Shown: positions 50,176-60,474, counted from the first letter of the stretch. The stretch is 64,000 nt of DNA from Thermoplasmata archaeon (GCA_025457815.1 JALOTQ010000001.1:17-64016); one strand, 5' to 3'. Notes: generated from the letters alone by a model not told the origin. Program-made: numbers and translations.

Positions 50176-51357
50176 ATGGCGAAGAAGGTCGTTACCGGGA
50201 ACTATGCGGCGGCTTACGGAGCCATGAGGGCAAGGGTCAAGACGGTCGCGGCGTACCCGATCACCCCGCAGACGTTCATCGTGGAGCACATCTCCGAGTT
50301 CATCAACAACGGCGAACTCGACTGCGCCTACATGGAGGTCGAGAGCGAGCACTCCGCGATGAGCGCGTGCGTCTCGGCCAGCGCAGCTGGCGTGAGGACG
50401 TTCACGGCAACATCATCCCAGGGTCTGGCGCTCATGCACGAGATACTGCCGATCGCCTCCGGGCTGAGGCTGCCGGTGGTCATGGCGGTCGTGAACAGGG
50501 CGATCGCGGCGCCGATCAACATCTGGGTCGAGCACAACGACATAATGCCGGAGCGCGACTCTGGCTGGATACAGGTCTTCTGCGACAACAACCAAGAGGT
50601 CCACGACATGGTCCTACAGGCTTTCAGGATCGCCGAGGACAAGCGGGTCGCCCTTCCTATGTCGGTCAACCTGGACGCTTTCATTCTCTCCCACACGGTC
50701 GAGCCAGTCGACCTGTCGGAGATCGAAGAGGCGGACAGGTTCGTGCCGAAGTACGTTCCTCCGAGCCCGACTCTCGACACCGCCAATCCGAAGGCGGTCG
50801 GGGTGTTCGTCCCGCCCGAGTACATGATGGAGGCGAGGTGGAACATGGACAAGGCCATGCGGGAGGTCCCGAAGGTCGCCGAAGAGGTCAACTCGGCGTT
50901 CGCCAAGCAGTTCGGCAGGAACTGGGGCGGCATGATCGACCCGTACATGGTCGACGACGCGGAGGTCGTCCTCGTGACGCTAGGCACCGCGAGCTCCACT
51001 GCGCATGAGGTCGTGGACGAGCTCAGGGCCGCCGGCAAGAAGGTCGGCCTTGTCAAGCTGAGGTTCTGGAGGCCCTACCCGACCGAGCAGATCCGGAAGA
51101 TCGTGAGCAAGGTGAAGGCGGTCGGCGTCTTCGACAGGGCCGTTTCCTACGGCGTCGGCGGGCCGTCCTACATCGAGCTCAGGAACGCCGCCTACGGGCT
51201 CAATGTCCCGGTGATGGATTTCATCGGAGGCCTGGGCGGGAAGGACGTGTCCTCGGCGGATGTCAGGTTCATCTACGAGCGCCTGCTGGAGACCGCCAAG
51301 ACTGGCAAGGTCAGGAAGGACATCACATGGATCAATACCAGGGGGGTTGAGCAATGA
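50176..51357 (+). CDS. porA: Pyruvate/2-oxoacid:ferredoxin oxidoreductase alpha subunit
   Basis: MAKKVVTGNYAAAYGAMRARVKTVAAYPITPQT is typical of PorA. An SD-like GGTGAGGTGAGAGGA precedes ATG 50176. The ORF-track start 50125 overlaps porGD. Confidence 0.85.
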   Translation: MAKKVVTGNYAAAYGAMRARVKTVAAYPITPQTFIVEHISEFINNGELDCAYMEVESEHSAMSACVSASAAGVRTFTATSSQGLALMHEILPIASGLRLPVVMAVVNRAIAAPINIWVEHNDIMPERDSGWIQVFCDNNQEVHDMVLQAFRIAEDKRVALPMSVNLDAFILSHTVEPVDLSEIEEADRFVPKYVPPSPTLDTANPKAVGVFVPPEYMMEARWNMDKAMREVPKVAEEVNSAFAKQFGRNWGGMIDPYMVDDAEVVLVTLGTASSTAHEVVDELRAAGKKVGLVKLRFWRPYPTEQIRKIVSKVKAVGVFDRAVSYGVGGPSYIELRNAAYGLNVPVMDFIGGLGGKDVSSADVRFIYERLLETAKTGKVRKDITWINTRGVEQ

Positions 51358-52247
51358 AACTCAAGGAGATGCCCGACGAGGAGATGTTCACAAGGGGACA
51401 CACGGCCTGCGCAGGCTGTGGAGGAGCCATCGCGGTCAGGAACTTCCTCAAGATACTGGGGAAGGACACCATCGTCGTGAACCCGGCCTGCTGCCTGCTG
51501 ATCTTCGGCGCGACCTATCCTCTCGTCGCCTACAAGATGCCCCTGCACCACGTCGCGTTCGAGAACACCGCGGTCTGTTCCGCGGGGATTTCGAGGGCGA
51601 TACGGCAGCAGGGCAACGACCACACGATCGTCGTCGGCATCGCCGGCGACGGCGGCACCGCGGATATCGGCATACAGTCCCTTTCCGGCTGCGCTGAAAG
51701 GAACGAGGACATGATCTATGTCATGTACGACAACGAGGCCTACATGAACACCGGCATACAGAGGTCTGGCTCGACCCCGTTCGGCGCGTGGACGACCACG
51801 ACCCCCGTGGGCAAGGTGAAGGCGGGCAAGGAGAACTTCAAGAAGGACATGCCCCAGATCATGATGGCCCACAACGTGCCGTATGTCGCGACCGCCTCGG
51901 TAGGCCACATCCAGGACTTCATCAACAAGTTCGAGAAGGCAAAGAAGATGAAGGGCTTCCGGTACATCCAGGTCTTCACCCCGTGCCCGACCGGTTGGAG
52001 GCACGACACGGCGAAGACGATCGAGGTGTGCAAGCTCGCGGTCGATTCCGGCATGTGGACGCTCTACGAGTGCGAGAACGGCAAGGTCACGATCAACAGG
52101 AAGCCCAAGGGCACGCCCGTGGCCGAGTACCTGAAGCTCCAGGGCCGGTTCAGGCACATGAAGGACGAGGACATCAAGAAGCTCCAGGACTGGGTCACGA
52201 AGAAGTGGCAGGCAGACGAGAAGTTCGCTCAGTGCAAGTCAGCCTGA
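51354..52247 (+). CDS. porB: Pyruvate/2-oxoacid:ferredoxin oxidoreductase beta subunit (TPP-binding)
   Basis: CAGCG Cys cluster, TPP-binding GDG...N motif (GIAGDGGTADIG...YDNEAYMNTG). ATGA overlap with porA. Confidence 0.85.
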   Translation: MKLKEMPDEEMFTRGHTACAGCGGAIAVRNFLKILGKDTIVVNPACCLLIFGATYPLVAYKMPLHHVAFENTAVCSAGISRAIRQQGNDHTIVVGIAGDGGTADIGIQSLSGCAERNEDMIYVMYDNEAYMNTGIQRSGSTPFGAWTTTTPVGKVKAGKENFKKDMPQIMMAHNVPYVATASVGHIQDFINKFEKAKKMKGFRYIQVFTPCPTGWRHDTAKTIEVCKLAVDSGMWTLYECENGKVTINRKPKGTPVAEYLKLQGRFRHMKDEDIKKLQDWVTKKWQADEKFAQCKSA

Positions 52248-52283
52248 TCCGCCCAAACCCTGAAACCCCTTCGGATTTCTCAT

Positions 52284-53132
52284 CTACAGTCGTTTCTTCA
52301 TCTCGAGCTGTTTCATGGTGACCTTGAAGTCGAACATGTCCAGCATCCTGAGCGTCGGTTCGTCCTCGTTCACGTTGTAGACGACCACTTTGTACGCTCC
52401 CAGGTCGTGGAGCCTGCTCAACGCGAACTTGGCGAGCGCCGTCCCGACGCCCTTCCTTCTCTTCTCGGGCAGGACTCCCAGGAACGGGATGAACCCATTC
52501 GTCTCGACCGTCCGCAGCAGTACGAAGCCCCCTTCCACCCTGAAGCACTCGGCGCCTCGGGCCGAGTGGACAAGCGCATCGGGCTTCCTCCTCTGCCAGC
52601 ATGTTTCCGCGTAAGCGCGCTGATGCATCTTGAGTATGTCCGATACTGCGGCGGGTTTCGGATTCTCGCCAAAGCCCTGAAAACGGCTGGGCCTGGCCTC
52701 AGCCGTAAGTAGCTTCCTGGTGCCCTGATACCCGAGGCGCTGGTAGAGTCTCTGCGCCTTGTCGTTCCCTTCGATGACCTCCAGGGAGACCTCCTCAACC
52801 CCCTTCGAAAGTAGATCGGTCTCCGCAGCCTGCATTAGCCTGGTGCCAATCCCTATCCCGCGAAACTCTCGGAGGATTCCTATGCCGCCTATCCATCCCT
52901 CGAGGCCGTCGTTGACCGGATTCACATAGCCGACGATCCTGGTCCCGTCCATTGCCGTCAGTACGTTCTCGAATCGCCCCCCGACCGATCTCAGAAAGTC
53001 CGCGAAGAACGCCCTCGATGAGCGGATCGGTATGATGTAGTCTGCGAACATCTGGTTCTGGGCCTCGACGAGGTCATCGAGCCTCTCCGGACGAAGCCTT
53101 TCGATCCTGAAATCCTTCGCTTCGGCCGCCAT
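52284..53132 (-). CDS. Tandem-GNAT N-acetyltransferase
   Basis: Two acetyl-CoA-binding motifs (REFRGIGIGTRLM and PEKRRKGVGTALA) in a 282-aa protein. Confidence 0.7.
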   Translation of the reverse strand: MAAEAKDFRIERLRPERLDDLVEAQNQMFADYIIPIRSSRAFFADFLRSVGGRFENVLTAMDGTRIVGYVNPVNDGLEGWIGGIGILREFRGIGIGTRLMQAAETDLLSKGVEEVSLEVIEGNDKAQRLYQRLGYQGTRKLLTAEARPSRFQGFGENPKPAAVSDILKMHQRAYAETCWQRRKPDALVHSARGAECFRVEGGFVLLRTVETNGFIPFLGVLPEKRRKGVGTALAKFALSRLHDLGAYKVVVYNVNEDEPTLRMLDMFDFKVTMKQLEMKKRL

Positions 53133-53142
53133 TCTAGCCCTT

Positions 53143-54627
53143 CTACACGTTCTCAGGCTTCATGTGTGGGAAGAGCAGGACCTCTTTGATCGACTGCGAG
53201 TTGGTCAGTATCATCGCGAACCTGTCAATCCCTATCCCAAGCCCACCTGTAGGCGGCAGGGCGCATTCCAGGGCCTGAACGTAGTCGATGTCGATCGGAT
53301 GGGCTTCATCGTCCCCTTCCTGCTTGAGCCTCTCCTGCTCGACGAACCTCTGCTCCTGCTCCGCAGGGTCGTTCAGCTCCGAGTAGGCGTTCGCAAATTC
53401 CCAGCCGTTTATGAAAAGCTCGAACCTCTCGACCAGTTCCGGGTTACCCCTCTTCCGCTTCGCCAGGGGTGAAACCTCGATCGGGTGGTCGATTATGAAG
53501 ACCGGGTTGATGAGCAGCGGCTGAACCTTCTGGTCGAAGACCTCTGTAACGACATTTCCAATTCGCTCGCAGTCCTCGACCCCGGCGACCCCTATCTGAG
53601 CCGCAGCGTCGCGCGCATCGTCCACGGTGGTCAACTTCGCGATGTCCAGGCCCGCGTACTTCAGAATCGCATCGTGCATGGATAGCCTCGGCCACGGCTT
53701 AGAGAAATCGAGAACCTTGTCCCCGTACGGTATCTTGTCGGTGCCGCATATGTGCATGGCCGTGTCGTAGAGCAGAGCCTCCGTCAGGTCCATTATGTCG
53801 TTGTAGTCCGCGTAGGCCTCGTAGAGCTCCATGGAAGTGTATTCAGGGTAATGCTGCGCGTCGATGTCCTCGTTCCTGAAGTTGTGCCCGACCTCGTAGA
53901 CCTTCTCGAGGTCCCCGACGATGCACCTCTTGAGGTACAGCTCGGTGGCTATCCTGAGGTAGAGGTCCATGTCCAGTGCGTTGTGGTGGGTCTTGAACGG
54001 CCTCGCCAGCGCGCCTCCGTAGATCGGCTGCAGGATAGGCGTCTCCACCTCGATGTACCCCTTCGCGTTCAGCCAGTCCCGCATGAACGCGACCATCCTG
54101 CTCCGCTTGATGAACTTCTCGCGGACATCCGGGTTCATGATCAGGTCCAGGTGTCTCTTCCGGTACCTGTTCTCGACGTCCTGCAGGCCATGGAAGGAGT
54201 CAGGGAACGGTTCGAGGGCCTTGGAGAGCACCTCGAAGTCCTTGATGGCTACGGTGATCTCTCCCATCTTGGTCCTGAAGACATGGCCCTTCACGCCGAC
54301 GACGTCGCCCCTGTCAAGTCCCTTGAATGTGTCGAACTTCTCCTTGCCTAGCTCGTCCAGCTTGAAGTATGCCTGGACCCGGCCCTCTCGGTCCTGCAGG
54401 TCCGCGAACCCCGCCTTGCCGTGCACCCGGAGCCCCATCAGCCTGCCAGCAGTCGATATCTCCTGGGGATTCCTCTCCGGTCCGACCTCTGCGAAGTCCT
54501 TCTTGATCCCTGCAGTGTTGTGAGTGCGCGTGAATCTGTACTTGTCGTACGGGTTCAATCCCTTGGCCTGCAGGTCCTTGAGCTTCGCCCTCCTCTGGGC
54601 CCTCAGGTCGCTCTCTTCCTCAGCCAT
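53143..54627 (-). CDS. lysS: Lysyl-tRNA synthetase, class II
   Basis: N-terminal OB anticodon-binding domain and class II catalytic core with motifs 1-3 (EVETPILQPIYGGALARPF, HNFRNEDI, GGLGIGIDRFAMIL). 494 aa. Confidence 0.85.
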   Translation of the reverse strand: MAEEESDLRAQRRAKLKDLQAKGLNPYDKYRFTRTHNTAGIKKDFAEVGPERNPQEISTAGRLMGLRVHGKAGFADLQDREGRVQAYFKLDELGKEKFDTFKGLDRGDVVGVKGHVFRTKMGEITVAIKDFEVLSKALEPFPDSFHGLQDVENRYRKRHLDLIMNPDVREKFIKRSRMVAFMRDWLNAKGYIEVETPILQPIYGGALARPFKTHHNALDMDLYLRIATELYLKRCIVGDLEKVYEVGHNFRNEDIDAQHYPEYTSMELYEAYADYNDIMDLTEALLYDTAMHICGTDKIPYGDKVLDFSKPWPRLSMHDAILKYAGLDIAKLTTVDDARDAAAQIGVAGVEDCERIGNVVTEVFDQKVQPLLINPVFIIDHPIEVSPLAKRKRGNPELVERFELFINGWEFANAYSELNDPAEQEQRFVEQERLKQEGDDEAHPIDIDYVQALECALPPTGGLGIGIDRFAMILTNSQSIKEVLLFPHMKPENV

Positions 54628-54670
54628 AAGGCTCTCCCTCCACGGGTGTTCCTGTCTGCATTCCGACCTT

Positions 54671-54686
54671 CCTACTTAAAAGTAGG
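54671..54686. promoter_or_regulatory. Perfect 16-bp palindrome CCTACTTAAAAGTAGG upstream of lysS
   Basis: Read directly, 44-59 nt upstream of the lysS start. Contains a TTAAAA TATA-like core. Confidence 0.4.
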
Positions 54687-54783
54687 CTGTCCGGTCCGCC
54701 CGAATACTGGTCTCGCTCCCTCTGATGCATATTGCTCACCTGAACACAATCGGTCGAAGCCCGCAAGGAAAACGCTGGCTTCG

Positions 54784-55221
54784 CTATCTCTTCTTCTCCG
54801 TCTTCTCTTCCTCAGCCTCTTTGATGGCGGTCAGAAGCTCCTCGATCCTGAAGGGCTTCAGGAGGAATCCCTTGGCGCCCGCGGCCATCGCCTCCTTCTC
54901 TATGTGGAGGTCCGCGCTGCCGAAGAATATGGTGGCCTTCGGGTCCATGCTCAGGATCTCCTGGGTCGCGCTGACGCCGTCCTTCACAGGCATCCTCTGG
55001 TCCATGATGATGATGACGGGCTTCTCCTTCATCTCCTTGTACTTCCTGACGGCCTCCTCGCCGTCAGAGGCCACTCCGATGACCGTGTGCCCGTTCGCTT
55101 CAAGGATGTCTCGATAGAGGTCGACAATGAATTTCTCATCATCAACTAGGAACACCGTTGCGATGATACGACCTCCTATTGCCAAGCGAATCCTGCAGTC
55201 TCTCTGCGCGGCCCAGAACAA
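54784..55221 (-). CDS. Single-domain response regulator (CheY-like receiver)
   Basis: FLVDDE...D (phospho-acceptor in IIIMDQRMP) ...K layout. An in-frame GTG at 55155 (MFLVDDEKFIV), preceded by GGAGGT, may be the true start. Confidence 0.7.
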   Translation of the reverse strand: MFWAAQRDCRIRLAIGGRIIATVFLVDDEKFIVDLYRDILEANGHTVIGVASDGEEAVRKYKEMKEKPVIIIMDQRMPVKDGVSATQEILSMDPKATIFFGSADLHIEKEAMAAGAKGFLLKPFRIEELLTAIKEAEEEKTEKKR

Positions 55222-55389
55222 GGCTCGCTGCGCCTGGAGCGCAGTAGCCAGGCTGGGTTATCTCAATTATCTTGCAGATTATATAATGGTTTTCACAACT
55301 TCAAATCAGCTGGAATATCAGTACTGGAGGGGGAGATCCGCCCTCTAAACGTTTAAATACGGAGTTCCGTAATAGACCATCCGAAACCC

Positions 55390-55557
55390 ATGCCCAAGAA
55401 CAAGAAGAATGAGGGATTTCACTCCGCTGCCGGTCTCATCAGGTACTTCGACTCAGAGGACGACAAGGCCCTGAAGATACCTCCATGGTTCGTCGTCGGG
55501 TTCGCGATCGCTGTGTCAGCAGCCGTGATACTTCTGGCCGCGCTGTACCCGACCTAG
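55390..55557 (+). CDS. secG: Preprotein translocase subunit Sec61-beta (archaeal SecG)
   Basis: MPKNKKNEGFHSAAGLIRYFDSEDDKALKIPPWFVVGFAIAVSAAVILLAALYPT, 55 aa. Matches the archaeal Sec61-beta pattern (basic N-terminus, SAAGLxRYFDE, single C-terminal TM). Absent from the ORF track because <60 aa. Confidence 0.6.
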   Translation: MPKNKKNEGFHSAAGLIRYFDSEDDKALKIPPWFVVGFAIAVSAAVILLAALYPT

Positions 55558-55559
55558 GA

Positions 55560-57110
55560 CTAGACGACTTTTGGCAACAGCACCCTGAAGACGCTACCTT
55601 TTGAGCGGTCGCCTTTGACTCGGTCCTCGACCCATATCCTTCCCTTGTACGAGTCGACGAGAGTCTTCGCGATGTGGAGCCCCAGCCCGCTTCCGCCCAG
55701 ACCTCTCGCGGGTCCCTGCGTGAACCTGTCGAAGATCATCTGCTTGAATTCGTCCTCTACTCCGGGCCCGCGGTCTAGGACCGAGACGAGCCACATCTCG
55801 CGTTTGTCGTCAACTGTTTCCGCGATGTCAACCTGGATCACGACATCCTCGTGCTGGTCGAACTTGATCGCGTTCGTGAACAGGTTCAGGAATATGTCCT
55901 TCGCGAAATCGTTCAAGGGGCTGAGCTTCTGCTCATCATCGCAGTTCCAGGCGAACCTTACCTTCCTCGAACGGTCATAGGATTCCGCGGCGGCCTGTGC
56001 CTCTTTGAGCGCCCTCACCAGGTCGACCGGCTTGAGGTTCCTGTCCCCCGCCGCCTCGACCTTCGCATACAACTTGACGTTCGAGACCAGTTTGTTGAGG
56101 TTCCAGACCTGGTCGAGTCCCTTGGCCAGACTCTTCCGTACAGGCTCGGGCACGCCCTTCCTGGACATCGCGAGCTCAATGAACCCGCTGACGGCCTGGG
56201 CGTAGTTGTTCACATCGTGGCCTATGAGGTCTATCAGGAGCTCGATCTCCTTCCGGTCCTTCTCCAACTGCTCGTAGAGCTGCGCGTTCTGGATGGCGAT
56301 GGCCGCCAGGTCGGAGAATATCTCTATTGCCCTGAGTGTCTCGTCGTCCGGGACCTTGTGGTCCTCGGGCTCGTCGATCTCGAGGTAGCCCATCAAGGAG
56401 CCGTCCTTCTCGTACATTAGGAAGTCCACGAAGTCGAGCTCGTGCCACTCGTCGGGGAACCGTCTGGCGTTGTCCATCCTCTCAGGGTGAATCACGAAGA
56501 GCATCTCGTCCTCGCTCTCAATCTCGTAGCTGCCCGCCGGGACATAGTACACGTTCCTGCCTACCTTGAATTCCGGCTTAAGGTCCCTGGTCATCTTGTC
56601 GATGTCGTACCTGACCTTCTTGATCTTCTCGGCCACCTCCGGGTCGAATCCGTGCGCGGCACGGACCACGAACAGCCCGGTCTCCTTGTCCCGTATGCCT
56701 ATGCACGCGGTCCTGAGGCCGAAGGTTTCGGAGACGGTGGTGACTATCTTGTCGAGTAGCTTGTCGACCTCTCTGACCGTTACGAAATCGGAGGTGACCT
56801 CGAGTATGCTAGATATCGCGACGCTTCTAAGGTCTTCTCTCCTTCCAATGGATCGGTCTGTTGCCATTTCCAGCTCGCGGCGGGGTGAGGAGCCCCCTCG
56901 CCGGGAGTATGCACCATTCACCACAACCAACTCGCCGTTTATGAAGATATTGCGCACGCTCTCAATCCTGATATCATCCATCCCGCAGGGAGGCGTGCGG
57001 CCAGTAGGGTCGTTCGGATGTACATCCTTATCCAATTGATGTCCAGACTCTACCGGAATCAATATATATCGTTCAGAACTTCCGCGGTTCGCTCGAGGCG
57101 CAAAGGACAT
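55560..57110 (-). CDS. Sensor histidine kinase with GAF domain
   Basis: Central GAF-like region, HisKA H-box (LIDLIGHDVNNYAQAV), HATPase_c N/G1/G2 boxes (NLFTNAIKF, DRGPGV, GSGLGLHIAK). The start is uncertain; internal Mets lie at MDDIRIES and MATDRSIG. Confidence 0.75.
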   Translation of the reverse strand: MSFAPRANRGSSERYILIPVESGHQLDKDVHPNDPTGRTPPCGMDDIRIESVRNIFINGELVVVNGAYSRRGGSSPRRELEMATDRSIGRREDLRSVAISSILEVTSDFVTVREVDKLLDKIVTTVSETFGLRTACIGIRDKETGLFVVRAAHGFDPEVAEKIKKVRYDIDKMTRDLKPEFKVGRNVYYVPAGSYEIESEDEMLFVIHPERMDNARRFPDEWHELDFVDFLMYEKDGSLMGYLEIDEPEDHKVPDDETLRAIEIFSDLAAIAIQNAQLYEQLEKDRKEIELLIDLIGHDVNNYAQAVSGFIELAMSRKGVPEPVRKSLAKGLDQVWNLNKLVSNVKLYAKVEAAGDRNLKPVDLVRALKEAQAAAESYDRSRKVRFAWNCDDEQKLSPLNDFAKDIFLNLFTNAIKFDQHEDVVIQVDIAETVDDKREMWLVSVLDRGPGVEDEFKQMIFDRFTQGPARGLGGSGLGLHIAKTLVDSYKGRIWVEDRVKGDRSKGSVFRVLLPKVV

Positions 57111-57143
57111 GGCACCAGCAACAGTCGTGTTTGATTGCCTTCA

Positions 57144-57159
57144 CGGGTGAACGCACCCG
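57144..57159. promoter_or_regulatory. Inverted repeat CGGGTG-aacg-CACCCG upstream of hisG
   Basis: Read directly, ~100 nt upstream of hisG. A strong SD-like GAGGAGGT (57245-57252) lies 6 nt before the hisG ATG. Confidence 0.3.
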
Positions 57160-57258
57160 AACCAGCCTGAGCGCCGAATTGAGTTTTCTGAAAGCCCCTT
57201 GTAGTGGCTCCGCTATCTCGTACCAGCAGGAGCTCTCGGGGCCCGAGGAGGTACTTGG

Positions 57259-58125
57259 ATGACGATGGTGAGGATAGCCCTTCCCAACAAGGGGAGGCTG
57301 AACCAGAGCGCGATAAGGCTGATGAACAGGATAGGTTTCCCGGTCCCCGAAGGGAGCAACCGCACGCTCCTGGCCGAGTTCGGAAAGGGCAGGTATCAAG
57401 TCCTGCTGGCGAGGGCGCAGGACATACCTGAGTTCGTCGAGATGGGGGCGGCCGACCTTGGCATAACGGGCCTCGACCTGGTCATGGAGACCTCGAGGAA
57501 GGTCGAGAACCTCATGGAGCTCGATTTCGGCAGGTGCCGGCTGGTGGTGGCCGTGCCTGAGGAGTCAAAGGTGGAGACCGCCGAGGATGTCAAGGACGGC
57601 AGCACGGTGGCGACATGCTTCCCGAACCTGACCAAGGCGTTCTTCTCGAAGTTGGGCAAGAACGTCGATGTGGCCGAGGTCTCGGGCGCCACCGAGGTTG
57701 CCCCTCAGGTCGGACTCGCAGACGTCATCACCGATCTGACGGAGACGGGGTCCACCCTCAAGCTCAACCACCTCAAGGAGATAGGGGTGATCCTCGAATC
57801 GAAGGCAGTCGTCATTGCCAATGCTAAATCCATGACGGACAAGAAGGCCAGGATCGAGGAGGTAACGAGCGCGATACAGAGCGTGATGAACGCGTCCAGG
57901 AAGAGGTACATCATGGCGAACGTTCCCAGGGCGAGCCTGCCGAACCTGAAGACCCTCCTCCCGGGGGTTTCGGGCCCGACCGTGATGAACATAATGGGCA
58001 GGGAGGATATGGTGGCGATACACGCGGTTACGAACGAGGACGAGATAAATGGCGTGATAACCATGCTGAAGAGCATAGGCGCCGCGGGCATACTCGTCAT
58101 CCCTATCGAAAGGATGGTACTCTGA
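57259..58125 (+). CDS. hisG: ATP phosphoribosyltransferase (long form with C-terminal regulatory domain)
   Basis: MVRIALPNKGRL..., 288 aa. HisG catalytic and regulatory domains. Confidence 0.85.
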   Translation: MTMVRIALPNKGRLNQSAIRLMNRIGFPVPEGSNRTLLAEFGKGRYQVLLARAQDIPEFVEMGAADLGITGLDLVMETSRKVENLMELDFGRCRLVVAVPEESKVETAEDVKDGSTVATCFPNLTKAFFSKLGKNVDVAEVSGATEVAPQVGLADVITDLTETGSTLKLNHLKEIGVILESKAVVIANAKSMTDKKARIEEVTSAIQSVMNASRKRYIMANVPRASLPNLKTLLPGVSGPTVMNIMGREDMVAIHAVTNEDEINGVITMLKSIGAAGILVIPIERMVL

Positions 58126-58126
58126 G

Positions 58127-59413
58127 ATGCTGCTGTTCGAGCTCGCCAAGATGACATCGAGCCAGCGCGAATCCGTCCTCAAGAGAGAGGGCGTCGACAT
58201 CGACGATGCGGTGAGGAAGGCGAGGCCCATTGTCGAGGCCGTCAGGCTGCAGGGCGACAGGGCGCTCCTCAAGCTTGCGAGGAAGTACGACGGTTTCAAA
58301 GGCCAGTCCCTGGCCGTTCCGGAGTCTGACATCAAGGCCGCCAGGTCCAAGGTGCCGAAGGAGCTGCAGGTCGCGCTCCAGACAGCTCGGAAGCGGATCG
58401 AATCCTTCCACGCCAGACAGGTCCTGAAACCGTTCGAGTTCTCTGATCCCTGCGGCGTCTTCGGACAGAGGATAGTCCCGCTGAAGCGCGTAGGGGTCTA
58501 CGTGCCCGGAGGATCCGCAGACTACGTCTCGACTGTCCTGATGGCCTGCATCCCAGCAAGGATTGCGGATGTCGACGAGATCGCCCTCTGCACTCCGGGA
58601 AAGGGAGGTAAGGTCCCGGACGGCATACTCGCCGCGGCAGGCATGTGCGGCGTGAGCGAGGTCTACTGCGTCGGGGGTGCGCACTCCATTGCCGCGATGG
58701 CCTACGGCACCGAGACTGTCCCCAAGGTCCAGAAGATCGTCGGGCCAGGCGGAGCCATAGTGGCGGCCGCCAAACTCCTGGTGAGGAACGACTGCGAGAT
58801 AGATTTCCTCGCGGGCCCCTCGGAGGTCCTGATAATCGCGGATGGGCAGGCCGACCCTGTGTTGCTCGCATCCGACATGCTCGCCCAGCTGGAGCACGAC
58901 CCTCAGGCGCGAGCTGTCCTTGTCACCACCTCCGCGGGGATGGCACAGGAAGTCCGTGTCCAACTGGAATCGCAGATCTCCAAGGCGTCTCGCCGCGAAA
59001 TCATAGCCAAGTCTGCAGCCAAGGGCGCGATATTCCTGATTGCAGAGAGCATCTCCGCCGCCGTAGGGTTTTCAAACGACTACGCTCCCGAGCACCTGCT
59101 CATCGATGTGCGGAACCCGGAGGAGCTTCTCGACCGCATCGACAACGCAGGATCCGTGTTCCTCGGAAGCCAGTCCTCAGTGGCGTTCGGCGACTACTGC
59201 AGCGGGACCAACCACATCCTCCCGACGAAGGGTGTCGCTTCAATGAGATCGGCCCTGTCGGTCTATGATTTCCTGAAGGTCATACCGTACCAGAGCATCA
59301 GCCCCGAAGGGGCTGGACGGCTCGCTCCAGTCGTGGACCTCCTCGCGAGGTCCGAAGGTCTGCCGTCACACGCCGACGCTGCGGCATTGCACTCACGGAG
59401 GACGAAGAAATGA
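58127..59413 (+). CDS. hisD: Histidinol dehydrogenase
   Basis: 428 aa with HisD Zn/NAD motifs ([18 protein letters not shown]). Starts 2 nt after the hisG stop. Confidence 0.9.
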   Translation: MLLFELAKMTSSQRESVLKREGVDIDDAVRKARPIVEAVRLQGDRALLKLARKYDGFKGQSLAVPESDIKAARSKVPKELQVALQTARKRIESFHARQVLKPFEFSDPCGVFGQRIVPLKRVGVYVPGGSADYVSTVLMACIPARIADVDEIALCTPGKGGKVPDGILAAAGMCGVSEVYCVGGAHSIAAMAYGTETVPKVQKIVGPGGAIVAAAKLLVRNDCEIDFLAGPSEVLIIADGQADPVLLASDMLAQLEHDPQARAVLVTTSAGMAQEVRVQLESQISKASRREIIAKSAAKGAIFLIAESISAAVGFSNDYAPEHLLIDVRNPEELLDRIDNAGSVFLGSQSSVAFGDYCSGTNHILPTKGVASMRSALSVYDFLKVIPYQSISPEGAGRLAPVVDLLARSEGLPSHADAAALHSRRTKK

Positions 59414-60474
59414 CATCCATAGGTGAACTCAGACGAAGGACTCTGGAGTCTCTCACGAGACCGTCCTACTCGATCGCGCGAAAGGACATGATACTCCTGA
59501 ACGACAACGCTAACCTGTTTGGCGTGAACCCAGCGGTGGAGGAGCTCGCGCGGTCATTCGATTTCGCGAGGCTGTGGGCGTACCCCAGCGAGAACTCGGA
59601 CGAACTGCGCGAACGGATAGCCACGGAGTTCGGATTCTCGGCGGAGGAGGTAATAGTCGGCAACGGCTCCGACGAACTACTCGACATCACCTCCAAGGCG
59701 TTCATCAACCCTGGAGACAAGTTCTGTGAACCGGCCCCGACTTTCAGCATGTACAAGTTCTACGCCAGCATCAACTTCGCAGAGGTCTGCGAGAAGGTCA
59801 TCAGACCGGACTTCTCGCTCGACCCCGACGCCCTCCTCGATGAACGCGCAAAGCTGTACGCGATATGCCAGCCGAACAACCCGACGGCGAACCTGTTCGA
59901 CGCTCGGGCGGTGAAGAGGGTTCTTTCGGAGGCTCCAGGGATCGTGCTGATCGACGAGGCGTACGCGGACTTCGCCGGCTCCAACATGATGGGGCCAGTC
60001 ATGAACTCCGGGCGTTCGATAGACATCCGGACCTTCTCCAAGGCCTATGGACTCGCAGGGCTCCGGGCTGGTTTCGCAATCTCCTCGAAGGCTGTCATCG
60101 ACGAGCTGAGGAGAGTCCGAACCCCGTTCGGACTCAACTCTTTCACAGAGGCCGCGGCAATCAGGGCCCTGGACAACAAGCAGTGGATCAGTGAGACGGT
60201 AGCGAAGGTGAAGTCGGAGAGGGATTTCCTTGCTTCGGAGCTCAGGAAGAGAGGATTCACGGTCTATCCATCGGTCTGCAACTTCCTGCTTTGCAAATCC
60301 CCAGTCCCAGGACCAGCCCTCGTCGCCGCTTTGAGATCCGAGGGCGTCGCGATACGAGACCTCAACTCTTTCCCGTTGCTCGAGAACCACGTGCGCATAA
60401 CAGCCGCTCCGAGGCCGATGCTCTTGACTCTTCTGGAGAAGATCGACCACCTGACAGCCGGAGGCGCTCGATGA
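59410..60474 (+). CDS. hisC: Histidinol-phosphate aminotransferase
   Basis: Class II aminotransferase, PLP-Lys in FSKAYGLAGLRAG. ATGA overlap with hisD. Confidence 0.85.
   Translation: MTSIGELRRRTLESLTRPSYSIARKDMILLNDNANLFGVNPAVEELARSFDFARLWAYPSENSDELRERIATEFGFSAEEVIVGNGSDELLDITSKAFINPGDKFCEPAPTFSMYKFYASINFAEVCEKVIRPDFSLDPDALLDERAKLYAICQPNNPTANLFDARAVKRVLSEAPGIVLIDEAYADFAGSNMMGPVMNSGRSIDIRTFSKAYGLAGLRAGFAISSKAVIDELRRVRTPFGLNSFTEAAAIRALDNKQWISETVAKVKSERDFLASELRKRGFTVYPSVCNFLLCKSPVPGPALVAALRSEGVAIRDLNSFPLLENHVRITAAPRPMLLTLLEKIDHLTAGGAR

Noticed and set aside
54784-57110. Treating the GAF histidine kinase and the receiver-only response regulator as a single two-component operon
   Set aside because: They are separated by the plus-strand Sec61-beta gene and 340 nt, so co-transcription is unlikely. 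Cognate pairing remains possible but is unsupported by sequence alone.
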